Assembly (NCBI GenBank): GCA_039589315.1
Contig: JBDHHQ010000134.1
Location: 1-18,672 of the forward strand
DNA from: Gemmatimonadota bacterium
GTDB lineage: Bacteria > Gemmatimonadota > Gemmatimonadetes > Longimicrobiales > Gaopeijiaceae
Length of the DNA: 18,672 bases
Direction: 5' to 3'
Part shown: positions 8,780 to 16,040 of the stretch, piece by piece
Layout: every line of letters starts with the position of its first letter
How positions within the stretch are numbered: the first letter of the stretch is position 1
Made by a program: the position numbers and the translations under genes
The notes under the pieces: generated by a model
Database searches by the model: none
What the model was told of the DNA's origin: nothing
Seen by the model: only the letters and a program-made list of their open reading frames with translations

Positions 8780-9336
8780 CCCCGTCCTTCGTCGGATAGG
8801 GCAACGTCTCCGAGAAAGAACCCGGCCAGCTCAGCGCGGCCGGAGAGGCCCGCCTTCCGGTAGACCGCCACCGCGTGCTGACGCACGGTGCGCTCGCTCC
8901 GCCCCGTGCGACGGGCGATGCCCTTGTGGCTGTAGCCCTTGAGCAGCATCAGCGCCGTTTCCCGCTCCGCCGGTGTGAGCCCCCATAGCCGGAACTGATC
9001 CCCGATGGCCTCACCCAGGACGGTGAGCGCCCGACCCGCGCGCTCCCGCCAGGCGTCCCGCTCCGCTTCTCTGCGCCCGAGCGTGGCCTCCAACTCCCGC
9101 TGGAACCGGAGGGCGCGGAACCAACCGGCCGCGAGGTAGGCAGCGGCCCCGAGTGACACGAGGACCATCGCGACCTCGAAAAGCACGTGACCCGACAGCA
9201 GGGTCGTGGGCTGGTCCAGGATCAGGTCGACGATCCCACCCGTCACGATTACGAGAAACACCACGACCAGCACCATCTGGAGGCGCGAGTTCTGATCCAC
9301 GTCGTTCCGGTGCCGGTCGGAGTCGAGGTCCGTCAT
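8767..9336 (-). CDS. Membrane-anchored LuxR-type HTH transcriptional regulator (2 TM + helical linker + LuxR HTH, no receiver domain)
   Basis: C-terminal WGLTPAERETALMLLKGYSHKGIARRTGRSERTVRQHAVAVYRKAGLSGRAEL is a LuxR/GerE HTH, preceded by two N-terminal TM helices. ATG at 9336 has GGAG 9 nt upstream. The longer start at 9483 would run through the divergent promoter region. Confidence 0.88.
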   Translation of the reverse strand: MTDLDSDRHRNDVDQNSRLQMVLVVVFLVIVTGGIVDLILDQPTTLLSGHVLFEVAMVLVSLGAAAYLAAGWFRALRFQRELEATLGRREAERDAWRERAGRALTVLGEAIGDQFRLWGLTPAERETALMLLKGYSHKGIARRTGRSERTVRQHAVAVYRKAGLSGRAELAGFFLGDVALSDEGRGQEG

Positions 9337-9401
9337 TTGTCGGATCTCCCGTGATTCCAGGAGGACTGCGTCATGTGCCCGATATCGCTGCGCGGGCGTG
9401 C

Positions 9402-9425
9402 CCCACAACGTACAGGCGTGAATCG
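9402..9425 (+). promoter_or_regulatory. Candidate regulatory motif, copy 1 (cccacaacgta-c-aggcg-tgaatcg)
   Basis: Near-identical to 10090-10112. It lies in the divergent luxR/DUF2231 intergenic region. Confidence 0.45.
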
Positions 9426-9508
9426 GTCCTGCCGCTCTCGCACACTGGGCCACCGGCACCGGTCTCACAAGCACGACCGTCATCGACGCACACGAAGGAG
9501 GAACGGCT

Positions 9509-10033
9509 ATGCTACCCGATCCGCTTCACCCGGCCCTGGTGCACTTCCCGATCGCCTTCGCCGTCCTTCTCCCCCTTGCGGCCGTGGCGGCCCTGGTCGC
9601 CTTGCGGCGGGGCGCGAGCCACCTCGGCGCGTGGTCGTTGGTGGTCGCGCTCTCCGGCCTCTTGACCGTCTCCGCGTGGCTGGCCGTCCAGACCGGCGAG
9701 GCCCAGGAGGAGGTGGTGGAGGAGGTGGTTCCGGAATCGGCCATCCACGGTCACGAGGAAGCCGGCGAGCGGTTCCTCTGGCTCTCCGTGGCGGGGCTGC
9801 TCGTGATCACGCTGGGCCTGGCTACTGGCCGGGCCGGACGGGTGGGCCGCACGGCCGGCACGGCCATGGCCGTCGTACTCCTCATCGCGGGGGTCCGCGT
9901 CGGCGATACCGGCGGAGAGCTGGTCTACGAGCACGGCGCCGCCAACGCCTATCTGGACGGCTCGGCCGGCACCGTAGAGTCGGAGGACCCGTCGGAATCG
10001 GAGACGCACGCGGCTGCCCTCGGGATTCCGTGA
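9509..10033 (+). CDS. DUF2231-family membrane protein (4 TM, His-rich)
   Basis: LHPALVHFPIA at the N-terminus, TGE, IHGHEEAG, and GGELVYEHG near the C-terminus, with four hydrophobic segments. Strong SD AAGGAGG upstream of the ATG. Confidence 0.85.
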   Translation: MLPDPLHPALVHFPIAFAVLLPLAAVAALVALRRGASHLGAWSLVVALSGLLTVSAWLAVQTGEAQEEVVEEVVPESAIHGHEEAGERFLWLSVAGLLVITLGLATGRAGRVGRTAGTAMAVVLLIAGVRVGDTGGELVYEHGAANAYLDGSAGTVESEDPSESETHAAALGIP

Positions 10034-10089
10034 CCGAGAAGCGGTGGCTGGCTCGCCCGCGCTGCGGGAACCACGAGCGCGCCATGGGT

Positions 10090-10112
10090 CCCACAACGTA
10101 AGGCGGGGATCG
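10090..10112 (+). promoter_or_regulatory. Candidate regulatory motif, copy 2 (cccacaacgta-aggcg-gggatcg)
   Basis: Near-identical to 9402-9425. It lies in the 224-bp gap upstream of the RND operon. Confidence 0.45.
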
Positions 10113-10138
10113 CCCCACAGAAGTCCTCGCCGAGGCCT

Positions 10139-10147
10139 TGCTACCAT
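10139..10147 (+). promoter_or_regulatory. Possible extended -10 element (TGcTACCAT) for the RND operon
   Basis: Matches TGnTAnnAT in a high-GC intergenic region, about 110 nt upstream of the ATG at 10258. No convincing -35 element was found. Confidence 0.3.
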
Positions 10148-10257
10148 CAGCATCGGCAGGGACCCGGGCATCCCGCCCAGGCCCCGGTCACATGCATGTT
10201 GCCGTCGCTGGTCGGAAGGTCGCGGAGGGACGGAGCGCGCAGACAGAGGAGGGAGAT

Positions 10258-11412
10258 ATGAGGCGAGCGGGGGCCTGGGCCCTTGCCCTGACGGTCGTCG
10301 CGGGGGGCTGCGAGCGCGAGGAGGGCGCGCCTCCGGAGGATGGGCTCATCCCTTCGCCCCCTTCGCTCCAGGCCGCCGAAGCCGGCCGGCTCGAGGTGGT
10401 CACGCTCACCGAGGAGCAGGCCGGGAGGCTGGGGATCCAGACCGTCGTCGTCGCGCCGGAGCGGGTGGAGTACGCCATCGGCCTGCCCGGTACGGTGCTC
10501 CCGGCCCCCGACTTCTACGCTGAGGTTTCGGCCCCCATCTCGGGCCGTATCGTGCGCGTCCTCGCGCACGAGGGCGAAGACGTCGCCCAGGGCGAGCTCA
10601 GGCGCGGGCCGAGCAGACTTATCAGCAACAGCAGGTCGTCCGCGCCGAGGCCCTGGTGGCCAAGAAGATCATGCCCGCCTCGTCCCTCGACAAAGCGCGC
10701 GCGGACATGGCTCGGGCCGAAGCGCTCCTTTCGGCCGCCCGCCGCCCACGCTCGGCTGCACGCCATCGGCATCACCGACGAAGACCTGGAGGACTGGGCC
10801 ACGTCGGAAGACCGGCGTCCCCTCATGGAGGTCCGTGCACCGCTGACCGGAGTTCTGGCCGAGCACCTTATCGAGCTCGGTCAATCGGTGACGGCATACC
10901 AGACGATGATGACCATCATCGACCCGGCCCGGGTCCAGATCCGGGGATTCCTCTCGCCCGTGGACGCGGACGCCGTCCGGCCCGGCGATCCGGTGCGCAT
11001 CCGATCCCAGGCCTTCTCGGGGCGAGCCATCGAGGCTCCGGTCGGGACCATCAGCCCCGGGCTGGCCGCGGGGAATCGGTCCGTCACGCTCAACATCTTC
11101 GCGGACACCGAAAACGGATGGCCCATCCCCGGTGAGAGCGTGCGCCTGGAGATCCGCGCCTCCACCGGGGAGCCCGTCATCGCTTTGCCACTCGCCGCGG
11201 TGGAGTACGAGGGGCAACGGGCGACGGTGTTCGTGGAGCAGGACGCCCGGCACTGGGAGAAGCGCACCGTCGTCGTCAGCCGCATGACCGAGGACGCCGT
11301 CTTCGTCGCCGAAGGGGTGGCCGCGGGCGACCGGGTCGCGATCACCCAGGTATTCACCCTCAAGGCCCTCGCTCGCTTCGAGCAGTACGGCGAGTCGGAG
11401 GACAGCGACTGA
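10258..11412 (+). CDS. czcB: Heavy-metal RND periplasmic adaptor (CzcB/CusB-like) with an internal out-of-frame segment; possibly non-functional
   Basis: ATG 10258 follows GAGGAGGGAG, and the signal ends VAGG-C. Adaptor motifs LGIQT, EVSAPISGRI..V.AHEGE.V.QG, EVRAPLTGV, PGESVRLEI, LPLAAV and GVAAGDRV are present. Codons 10597-10740 are nonsense-like, while the alternative frame there encodes the expected hairpin helix. Confidence 0.85.
   Translation: MRRAGAWALALTVVAGGCEREEGAPPEDGLIPSPPSLQAAEAGRLEVVTLTEEQAGRLGIQTVVVAPERVEYAIGLPGTVLPAPDFYAEVSAPISGRIVRVLAHEGEDVAQGELRRGPSRLISNSRSSAPRPWWPRRSCPPRPSTKRARTWLGPKRSFRPPAAHARLHAIGITDEDLEDWATSEDRRPLMEVRAPLTGVLAEHLIELGQSVTAYQTMMTIIDPARVQIRGFLSPVDADAVRPGDPVRIRSQAFSGRAIEAPVGTISPGLAAGNRSVTLNIFADTENGWPIPGESVRLEIRASTGEPVIALPLAAVEYEGQRATVFVEQDARHWEKRTVVVSRMTEDAVFVAEGVAAGDRVAITQVFTLKALARFEQYGESEDSD
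10734..10747 (+). repeat. 7-bp tandem duplication (gccgccc x2) that shifts the reading frame inside the adaptor gene
   Basis: gccgccc occurs at 10734-10740 and 10741-10747. Removing one copy joins ...AEALLSAA directly to HARLHAIG... Confidence 0.85.
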
Positions 11413-11434
11413 CACCGGGGCCAGGGCCAACGAG

Positions 11435-14400
11435 ATGCTGAACCGACTCATCGACAGCAGCCTGCAGCACCGCTACGTGGCGCTGGCCCTCGTGGGCCTC
11501 ATGGCGTTCGCGGGCGGCGCCGCGCTCCTGCGCCTGCCCATCAACTCCTTGCCCGACGTCACCCCGGTCCAGGTGTTGGTGATCACCAAGGCGGGTCGGT
11601 ACTCGCCGTACGACGTCGAGCGCCTGGTGAGCTTCCCCATCGAGACCACCATGAACGGCCTGCCCGAGGTGGCGGAGGTCCGTTCCATCTCCCAATTCGG
11701 TCTGTCGGCGGTGACGGTGGAGTTCGAGGAGGACACCGACATCTACTTCGCCCGGCAGCTCGTGGCCCAGCGCGTCCAGAGCATCGCCGACGATTTGCCG
11801 GATGGGGTGTCCACGCCTCAGCTGGGGCCCATCTCCACGGCGCTCGGCGAGATCTACCAGTACGTGGTCCGGGGCGACGCGTACGACCTGACCGAGCTCC
11901 GCACCATTCAGGACTGGCTCATCGCGCCCCAGCTCAAAACGGTCAAGGGCGTGACGGAGGTGAACTCCTTCGGCGGCTTCGTGAAGCAGTACGAGGTGGT
12001 GCTGAACCCTCGTGCCCTTCGTGCCTTCGGCCTCGGCATCGACGCCGTGGCTCGCGCCATCGAGGTGAACAACGCCGTGTCCGGCGGGAACTTCCTGGAG
12101 CACAACCGGGAGCAGTACATCGTCCGGGGCTTCGGACAGATCCGCTCCCGCGAGGACATCGAGAACATCATCGTCGCGAAGCTCCCAGATCGTCCCGTCT
12201 ACGTCCGCGACGTGGCCGAGGTCCGGCTCGGCCGCCAGCTGCGACAGGGCGCCGTGACCCAGGACGGCAACGGTGAGGTGGTCACCGGGATCGTCATGAT
12301 GCTCCGGGGCGGCAACGGCCGGGAGGTCATCGAGCAGGTCGAGGCCAAGATCGAAGACGTCAATCGAGGCCTTCCGGAGGGCGTGCGGATCGACAAGTTC
12401 TACGATCAAGCCGATCTGGTGGAACGGACGACGCACACCCTCCAGACCAACCTGCTCGAGGGCGGCTTCTTCGTGATCGCCGTCCTGCTGCTCCTACTGG
12501 GAGAGATCCGTGGCGCCCTCATCGTGGCGTCGGTGATCCCCCTGTCCATGCTCTTCGCGTTCATCGGCATGCGGGAGTTCGGCCTGGCCGCGAACCTCAT
12601 GAGCCTCGGGGCCATCGACTTCGGCATGGTCGTGGACGGATCGGTGGTCATGATCGAGAACATGGCGCACCGGCTTCAAGAGGACGGGGGCCGGCGGCCT
12701 CATCTGCACGTCATCCGGGCGGCGGCCCACGAGGTGGCGCGGCCCATCTTCTTCGGGGTCCTGATCATTCTCATGGTGTACGTGCCCATCGCCACCTTCC
12801 AGGGCATGGAGGGCATCCTCTACCGACCCATGGCGATCACGGTGGCCACGGCTGTGTTCGGGTCGCTGATCCTGGCGTTGGTCTACGTCCCGGCCGTCTC
12901 GGCCCTGGTCTTCCGCAGTGGCGTGCGACTCAAACCCAACCGGATCATCCAGTGGCTGAGGCCCCGCTACCGGGCGTTCCTGGATCGCACGCTGGAGCGC
13001 CGGGCGTTGGTCCTGTCGGTGGCAGGGGGCATCTTCGTGGTCTCGTTGGCCCTCATCCCGTTCCTTGGGACGGAGTTCCTGCCGGAGCTGGACGAAGGGT
13101 CCATCCTCGTCGAACAGGTCCGGATGCCGTCCGTGACGCTGGACGAGTCGGTGGCCAACGCCAACTGGATCGCCGGGGAGCTCATGCGTGACATCCCCGA
13201 GATCCAGACCGTGGTGCCAAAGACGGGACGATCGGACCTGGCCAACGACTGGATGGGCGTGCACCAGACCGACGTCTGGGTCGTGCTGAAGGCCAGGGAT
13301 CAATGGCGACCCGGCATGACCAAAGAATCCATCCAGGAGGAGATCCGTCCGTATCTGACGTCGGAGCCCGGACTCTCGTTCAACTTCACCCAACCCATCG
13401 CCATGCGCGTGGACGAGCTCACCAGCGGCGTCAAGTCGGACGTGGCGGTGAAGGTGTTCGGCGAGGACCTGGAGGAGCTGAACCGCATCGGCGAAGCCAT
13501 CGTGGCACTGCTGCCGCGCCTGCCGGGCACGGACAACTTCTACCTGGAGCAGGCCATCGGTCAGCCCTATCTGACCGTCGAGATCGACCGCGAGGCGATC
13601 GCTTCGTTCGGTCTCAACGTGAGCGACGTTCAACAGATCATCGAGACGGGGATCGGCGGGAACGAATCCGGCCAGGTGTTCGAGGGACAACGCCGGTTCT
13701 CCATCGTCCTGCGCTTCCCGGAGGGCATGCGGGACAGCTTCAGGAAGCTCATGGACGTGCCCGTGCGGCTTCCCGACGGCGGGTTCATCCCCCTGAGCCG
13801 CGTGGCCACGGTGACGGCACAGGAGGGACCCCGCGAGATTGCCCGGGAGAACGCCTGGCGGCGCGTGATCGTGGGCGTGAACCTGGCGGGCATCGACATC
13901 GGCTCCTACGTGGCCAATCTCCGGCGAGCCATCGACGAGAACCTCGTGATGCCGGGAGGCTACTTCCTGGAGTACGGCGGCGCCTTCGAGGAGCAGCAGC
14001 GCGCCATGCGGCATCTATACGTGGTGGTGCCCCTGGCGCTGTTCATCATCTTCGGGCTGCTCTTCATGATGTTCGGCGAGGTCCGCTACGCTCTGCTGAT
14101 CCTCCTGAACCTGCCCTTCGCCCTGTCCGGAGGCGTCTTCATCCTCTGGATGCGAGGCCTGTATCTCTCGGTTTCGGCCAGCATCGGCTTCGTGGCCCTG
14201 TTCGGCGTGGCGGTTCTGAACGGGATCGTGCTGATCTCCCACATCAACGACCTGAGACGGCGAGGGCTGGGAGTGCGGCAGGCCACCATCGACGGGGCTG
14301 CGGACCGGCTGCGGCCGGTGCTCATGACCGCCTTGGTGGCGAGCCTGGGCTTCATTCCGATGGCGTTCAACGTAGGGCCGGGCTCCGAGGTCCAGCGGCC

Positions 14401-14623
14401 TTTGGCGAGCGTGGTCATCGGGGGCCTGGTCACCTCGACGCTGCTCACGCTCCTGGTGTTGCCCACCATCTACGCGTGGCTGGAGAGCGATGAACGCGTG
14501 CCAGCCGGGCCAGACGCCGATCTCTGGACCGATCAGGTCGCCCCCGCGCCGGTGCTGTCCGGCGCCGGGGCGCCTGGCGGCCCGGGCTCCGCTGGTGGTG
14601 AGGGGGGGCCGTGGAACGCCTGA
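11435..14623 (+). CDS. czcA: CusA/CzcA-family heavy-metal efflux RND permease, CzcA (divalent cation)-like
   Basis: 1062 aa with PDVTPVQV, VRSISQFGLS, IYFARQLV, LGPISTALGEIYQY, TM4 motif NLMSLGAIDFGMVVDG (the DFG-x-x-x-D CzcA type), EFLPELDEG, GVAVLNG, RLRPVLMTALVASLGFIPMA and EVQRPLA. Confidence 0.95.
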   Translation: MLNRLIDSSLQHRYVALALVGLMAFAGGAALLRLPINSLPDVTPVQVLVITKAGRYSPYDVERLVSFPIETTMNGLPEVAEVRSISQFGLSAVTVEFEEDTDIYFARQLVAQRVQSIADDLPDGVSTPQLGPISTALGEIYQYVVRGDAYDLTELRTIQDWLIAPQLKTVKGVTEVNSFGGFVKQYEVVLNPRALRAFGLGIDAVARAIEVNNAVSGGNFLEHNREQYIVRGFGQIRSREDIENIIVAKLPDRPVYVRDVAEVRLGRQLRQGAVTQDGNGEVVTGIVMMLRGGNGREVIEQVEAKIEDVNRGLPEGVRIDKFYDQADLVERTTHTLQTNLLEGGFFVIAVLLLLLGEIRGALIVASVIPLSMLFAFIGMREFGLAANLMSLGAIDFGMVVDGSVVMIENMAHRLQEDGGRRPHLHVIRAAAHEVARPIFFGVLIILMVYVPIATFQGMEGILYRPMAITVATAVFGSLILALVYVPAVSALVFRSGVRLKPNRIIQWLRPRYRAFLDRTLERRALVLSVAGGIFVVSLALIPFLGTEFLPELDEGSILVEQVRMPSVTLDESVANANWIAGELMRDIPEIQTVVPKTGRSDLANDWMGVHQTDVWVVLKARDQWRPGMTKESIQEEIRPYLTSEPGLSFNFTQPIAMRVDELTSGVKSDVAVKVFGEDLEELNRIGEAIVALLPRLPGTDNFYLEQAIGQPYLTVEIDREAIASFGLNVSDVQQIIETGIGGNESGQVFEGQRRFSIVLRFPEGMRDSFRKLMDVPVRLPDGGFIPLSRVATVTAQEGPREIARENAWRRVIVGVNLAGIDIGSYVANLRRAIDENLVMPGGYFLEYGGAFEEQQRAMRHLYVVVPLALFIIFGLLFMMFGEVRYALLILLNLPFALSGGVFILWMRGLYLSVSASIGFVALFGVAVLNGIVLISHINDLRRRGLGVRQATIDGAADRLRPVLMTALVASLGFIPMAFNVGPGSEVQRPLASVVIGGLVTSTLLTLLVLPTIYAWLESDERVPAGPDADLWTDQVAPAPVLSGAGAPGGPGSAGGEGGPWNA

Positions 14624-15933
14624 GCCGAAGGAGCCGGACGCACCCCAGGGCTGTAGGGAGCATACTGATCGTGCTCCTCGGAGTGATCGCTCTCGCCGCC
14701 ATGACCCCCGGGGCAGGAGCACAGGAGCGTGCGCCCATCGAGGCACTCGGTGTGCGCGACGCCATCGAGCTCGCCAAGGAGCGCAATCCCGCCGTGAACC
14801 GGACCCGACAGGGAATCGAGGCCCTCGAGGGCGAATGGTGGTCCGGGTGGGGTTTGGCGTCTCCCGCGATCAGCTACCTCGAAGAGGGGATCCCCGACGG
14901 GGAGGACGTGGGACTCCCCGGCTTCGCGGAGAGACGGTGGTCGGTGTCTCAGAACGTGGCCTCGCCCCTGGCCAGCTACTACGGACTCAAGCGAACATCC
15001 GCGGAGCAGGGGGCTCTGGGACTGGCGCTGGACGCACAGACCGCGACGCTCCAGGCGGCCGTGAAGAGATCCTACGTCGAGCTCGTGTACGCCCGGGAGA
15101 TCCTCCATCTGCGTGAGCAGGAGGTTCGGCTCGCCCAGGAGCTCGACGAAGCCGTACGCACGCGTCTCGAGGTGGGCGAGGCCGCGGAGATCGACGTGAT
15201 GAAGGCGGAGCTCCAGGTAGCCGAGGCGGAGAGCAACCACGCCGAGGCCACCAGGCAGTTCCAGAACACCCGCTACGGCCTGTTCAACATCGTGGGCCTG
15301 GATCCGGAGGAGCAGCGGTACGAGGTCGCGTTCCCGGACACCCTGGTCTACGTGCCGGTCGAGATCACCGAGGACGCAGTGCTGGCCGGGATTCGGTCGG
15401 CCCCGGACCTGCTGGCAGCCGAGGGCCGCGTGCGAGCCGCGGCCTTGGGGGTGAACGCGGCCTGGTGGTCGGCGTTCCCCAGCCTCCAGCTCCAGTTCTT
15501 CACTCAGGATCTGGGCACCGGCTTCGACTTCCATGGCTTCCAGGTGGGCTTCAGCGTGCCCCTCTGGTTCCCGCTGAACGAGCGGGGCGCGGTCCAGCAG
15601 GCCCGAGCCGAGGAGCGCCGGCGTCAGTGGCAGCAGCAGGAGACGTTGCTGGCGCTCAAGAAGCAGCTCGAGCAGACGTGGCACGGGTACGAGACCAGCC
15701 TGGCCGTGATCCGTCGGTACAGTGAGGACGTGAACGCCCGGGCCGACGAGCTCCTGGAGCTGACCCGGGAAGGTTACCTGCTCGGTGAGCTCGACCTGCT
15801 GACGCTGCTCGACACGCAGCGGACGTACCTGGCCAGCCGAAAGCGCTATTGGGACGCCCTGAGAGGCTACTACCTGCACCTCATCGACCTGGAACGGTTC
15901 GTGGGGCGGGAGATCGTGTTCGCCGGAAGCTGA
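14611..15933 (+). CDS. czcC: TolC-family outer-membrane efflux channel (CzcC-like)
   Basis: Signal peptide ending AGA-Q and two OEP-type repeats (VKRSYVELVYA...RLEVGEAAEIDV; FSVPLWF...YLLGELDLLTLLDTQRTY). The GTG overlaps the permease stop by 13 nt, with GAGG 7 nt upstream. Confidence 0.9.
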   Translation: MERLSRRSRTHPRAVGSILIVLLGVIALAAMTPGAGAQERAPIEALGVRDAIELAKERNPAVNRTRQGIEALEGEWWSGWGLASPAISYLEEGIPDGEDVGLPGFAERRWSVSQNVASPLASYYGLKRTSAEQGALGLALDAQTATLQAAVKRSYVELVYAREILHLREQEVRLAQELDEAVRTRLEVGEAAEIDVMKAELQVAEAESNHAEATRQFQNTRYGLFNIVGLDPEEQRYEVAFPDTLVYVPVEITEDAVLAGIRSAPDLLAAEGRVRAAALGVNAAWWSAFPSLQLQFFTQDLGTGFDFHGFQVGFSVPLWFPLNERGAVQQARAEERRRQWQQQETLLALKKQLEQTWHGYETSLAVIRRYSEDVNARADELLELTREGYLLGELDLLTLLDTQRTYLASRKRYWDALRGYYLHLIDLERFVGREIVFAGS

Positions 15934-16040
15934 CCGGCGCCAGACCAGCCGCACCCCTGGCCCCAACGGACCGGTTCCCGCTACCGTGGCGCGCGCACGC
16001 CCGCTTTGCGGCCTGACCCCCAATCCCGACAGTTGGTCTG

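Noticed and set aside
10067..10100. ECF-type promoter GGAAC...CGTA upstream of the efflux operon
   Set aside because: The spacer is 25 nt, far longer than the usual 16-17.
10138..10257. N-terminal extension of the adaptor from TTG 10138
   Set aside because: ATG 10258 has a strong SD and begins a signal peptide, and the extension has no adaptor-like features.
10034..10257. Known NiCo riboswitch in the efflux leader
   Set aside because: I could not match its conserved four-way-junction sequences by eye. The region is kept only as an unassigned structure, and an Rfam search would be decisive.
10656..11135. 159-aa ORF MAKKIMPASS... as an independent gene
   Set aside because: Its first ~28 codons are the displaced hairpin of the adaptor gene. 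After the 7-bp duplication it is off-frame Arg/Gly/Pro-rich sequence.
15987..16010. Sigma-54 promoter (TGGC...TTGC) upstream of the AsnB-like gene
   Set aside because: The spacing is wrong. GG at 15988-15989 has no GC after the required 10-nt spacer, and the TTGC is too far downstream.
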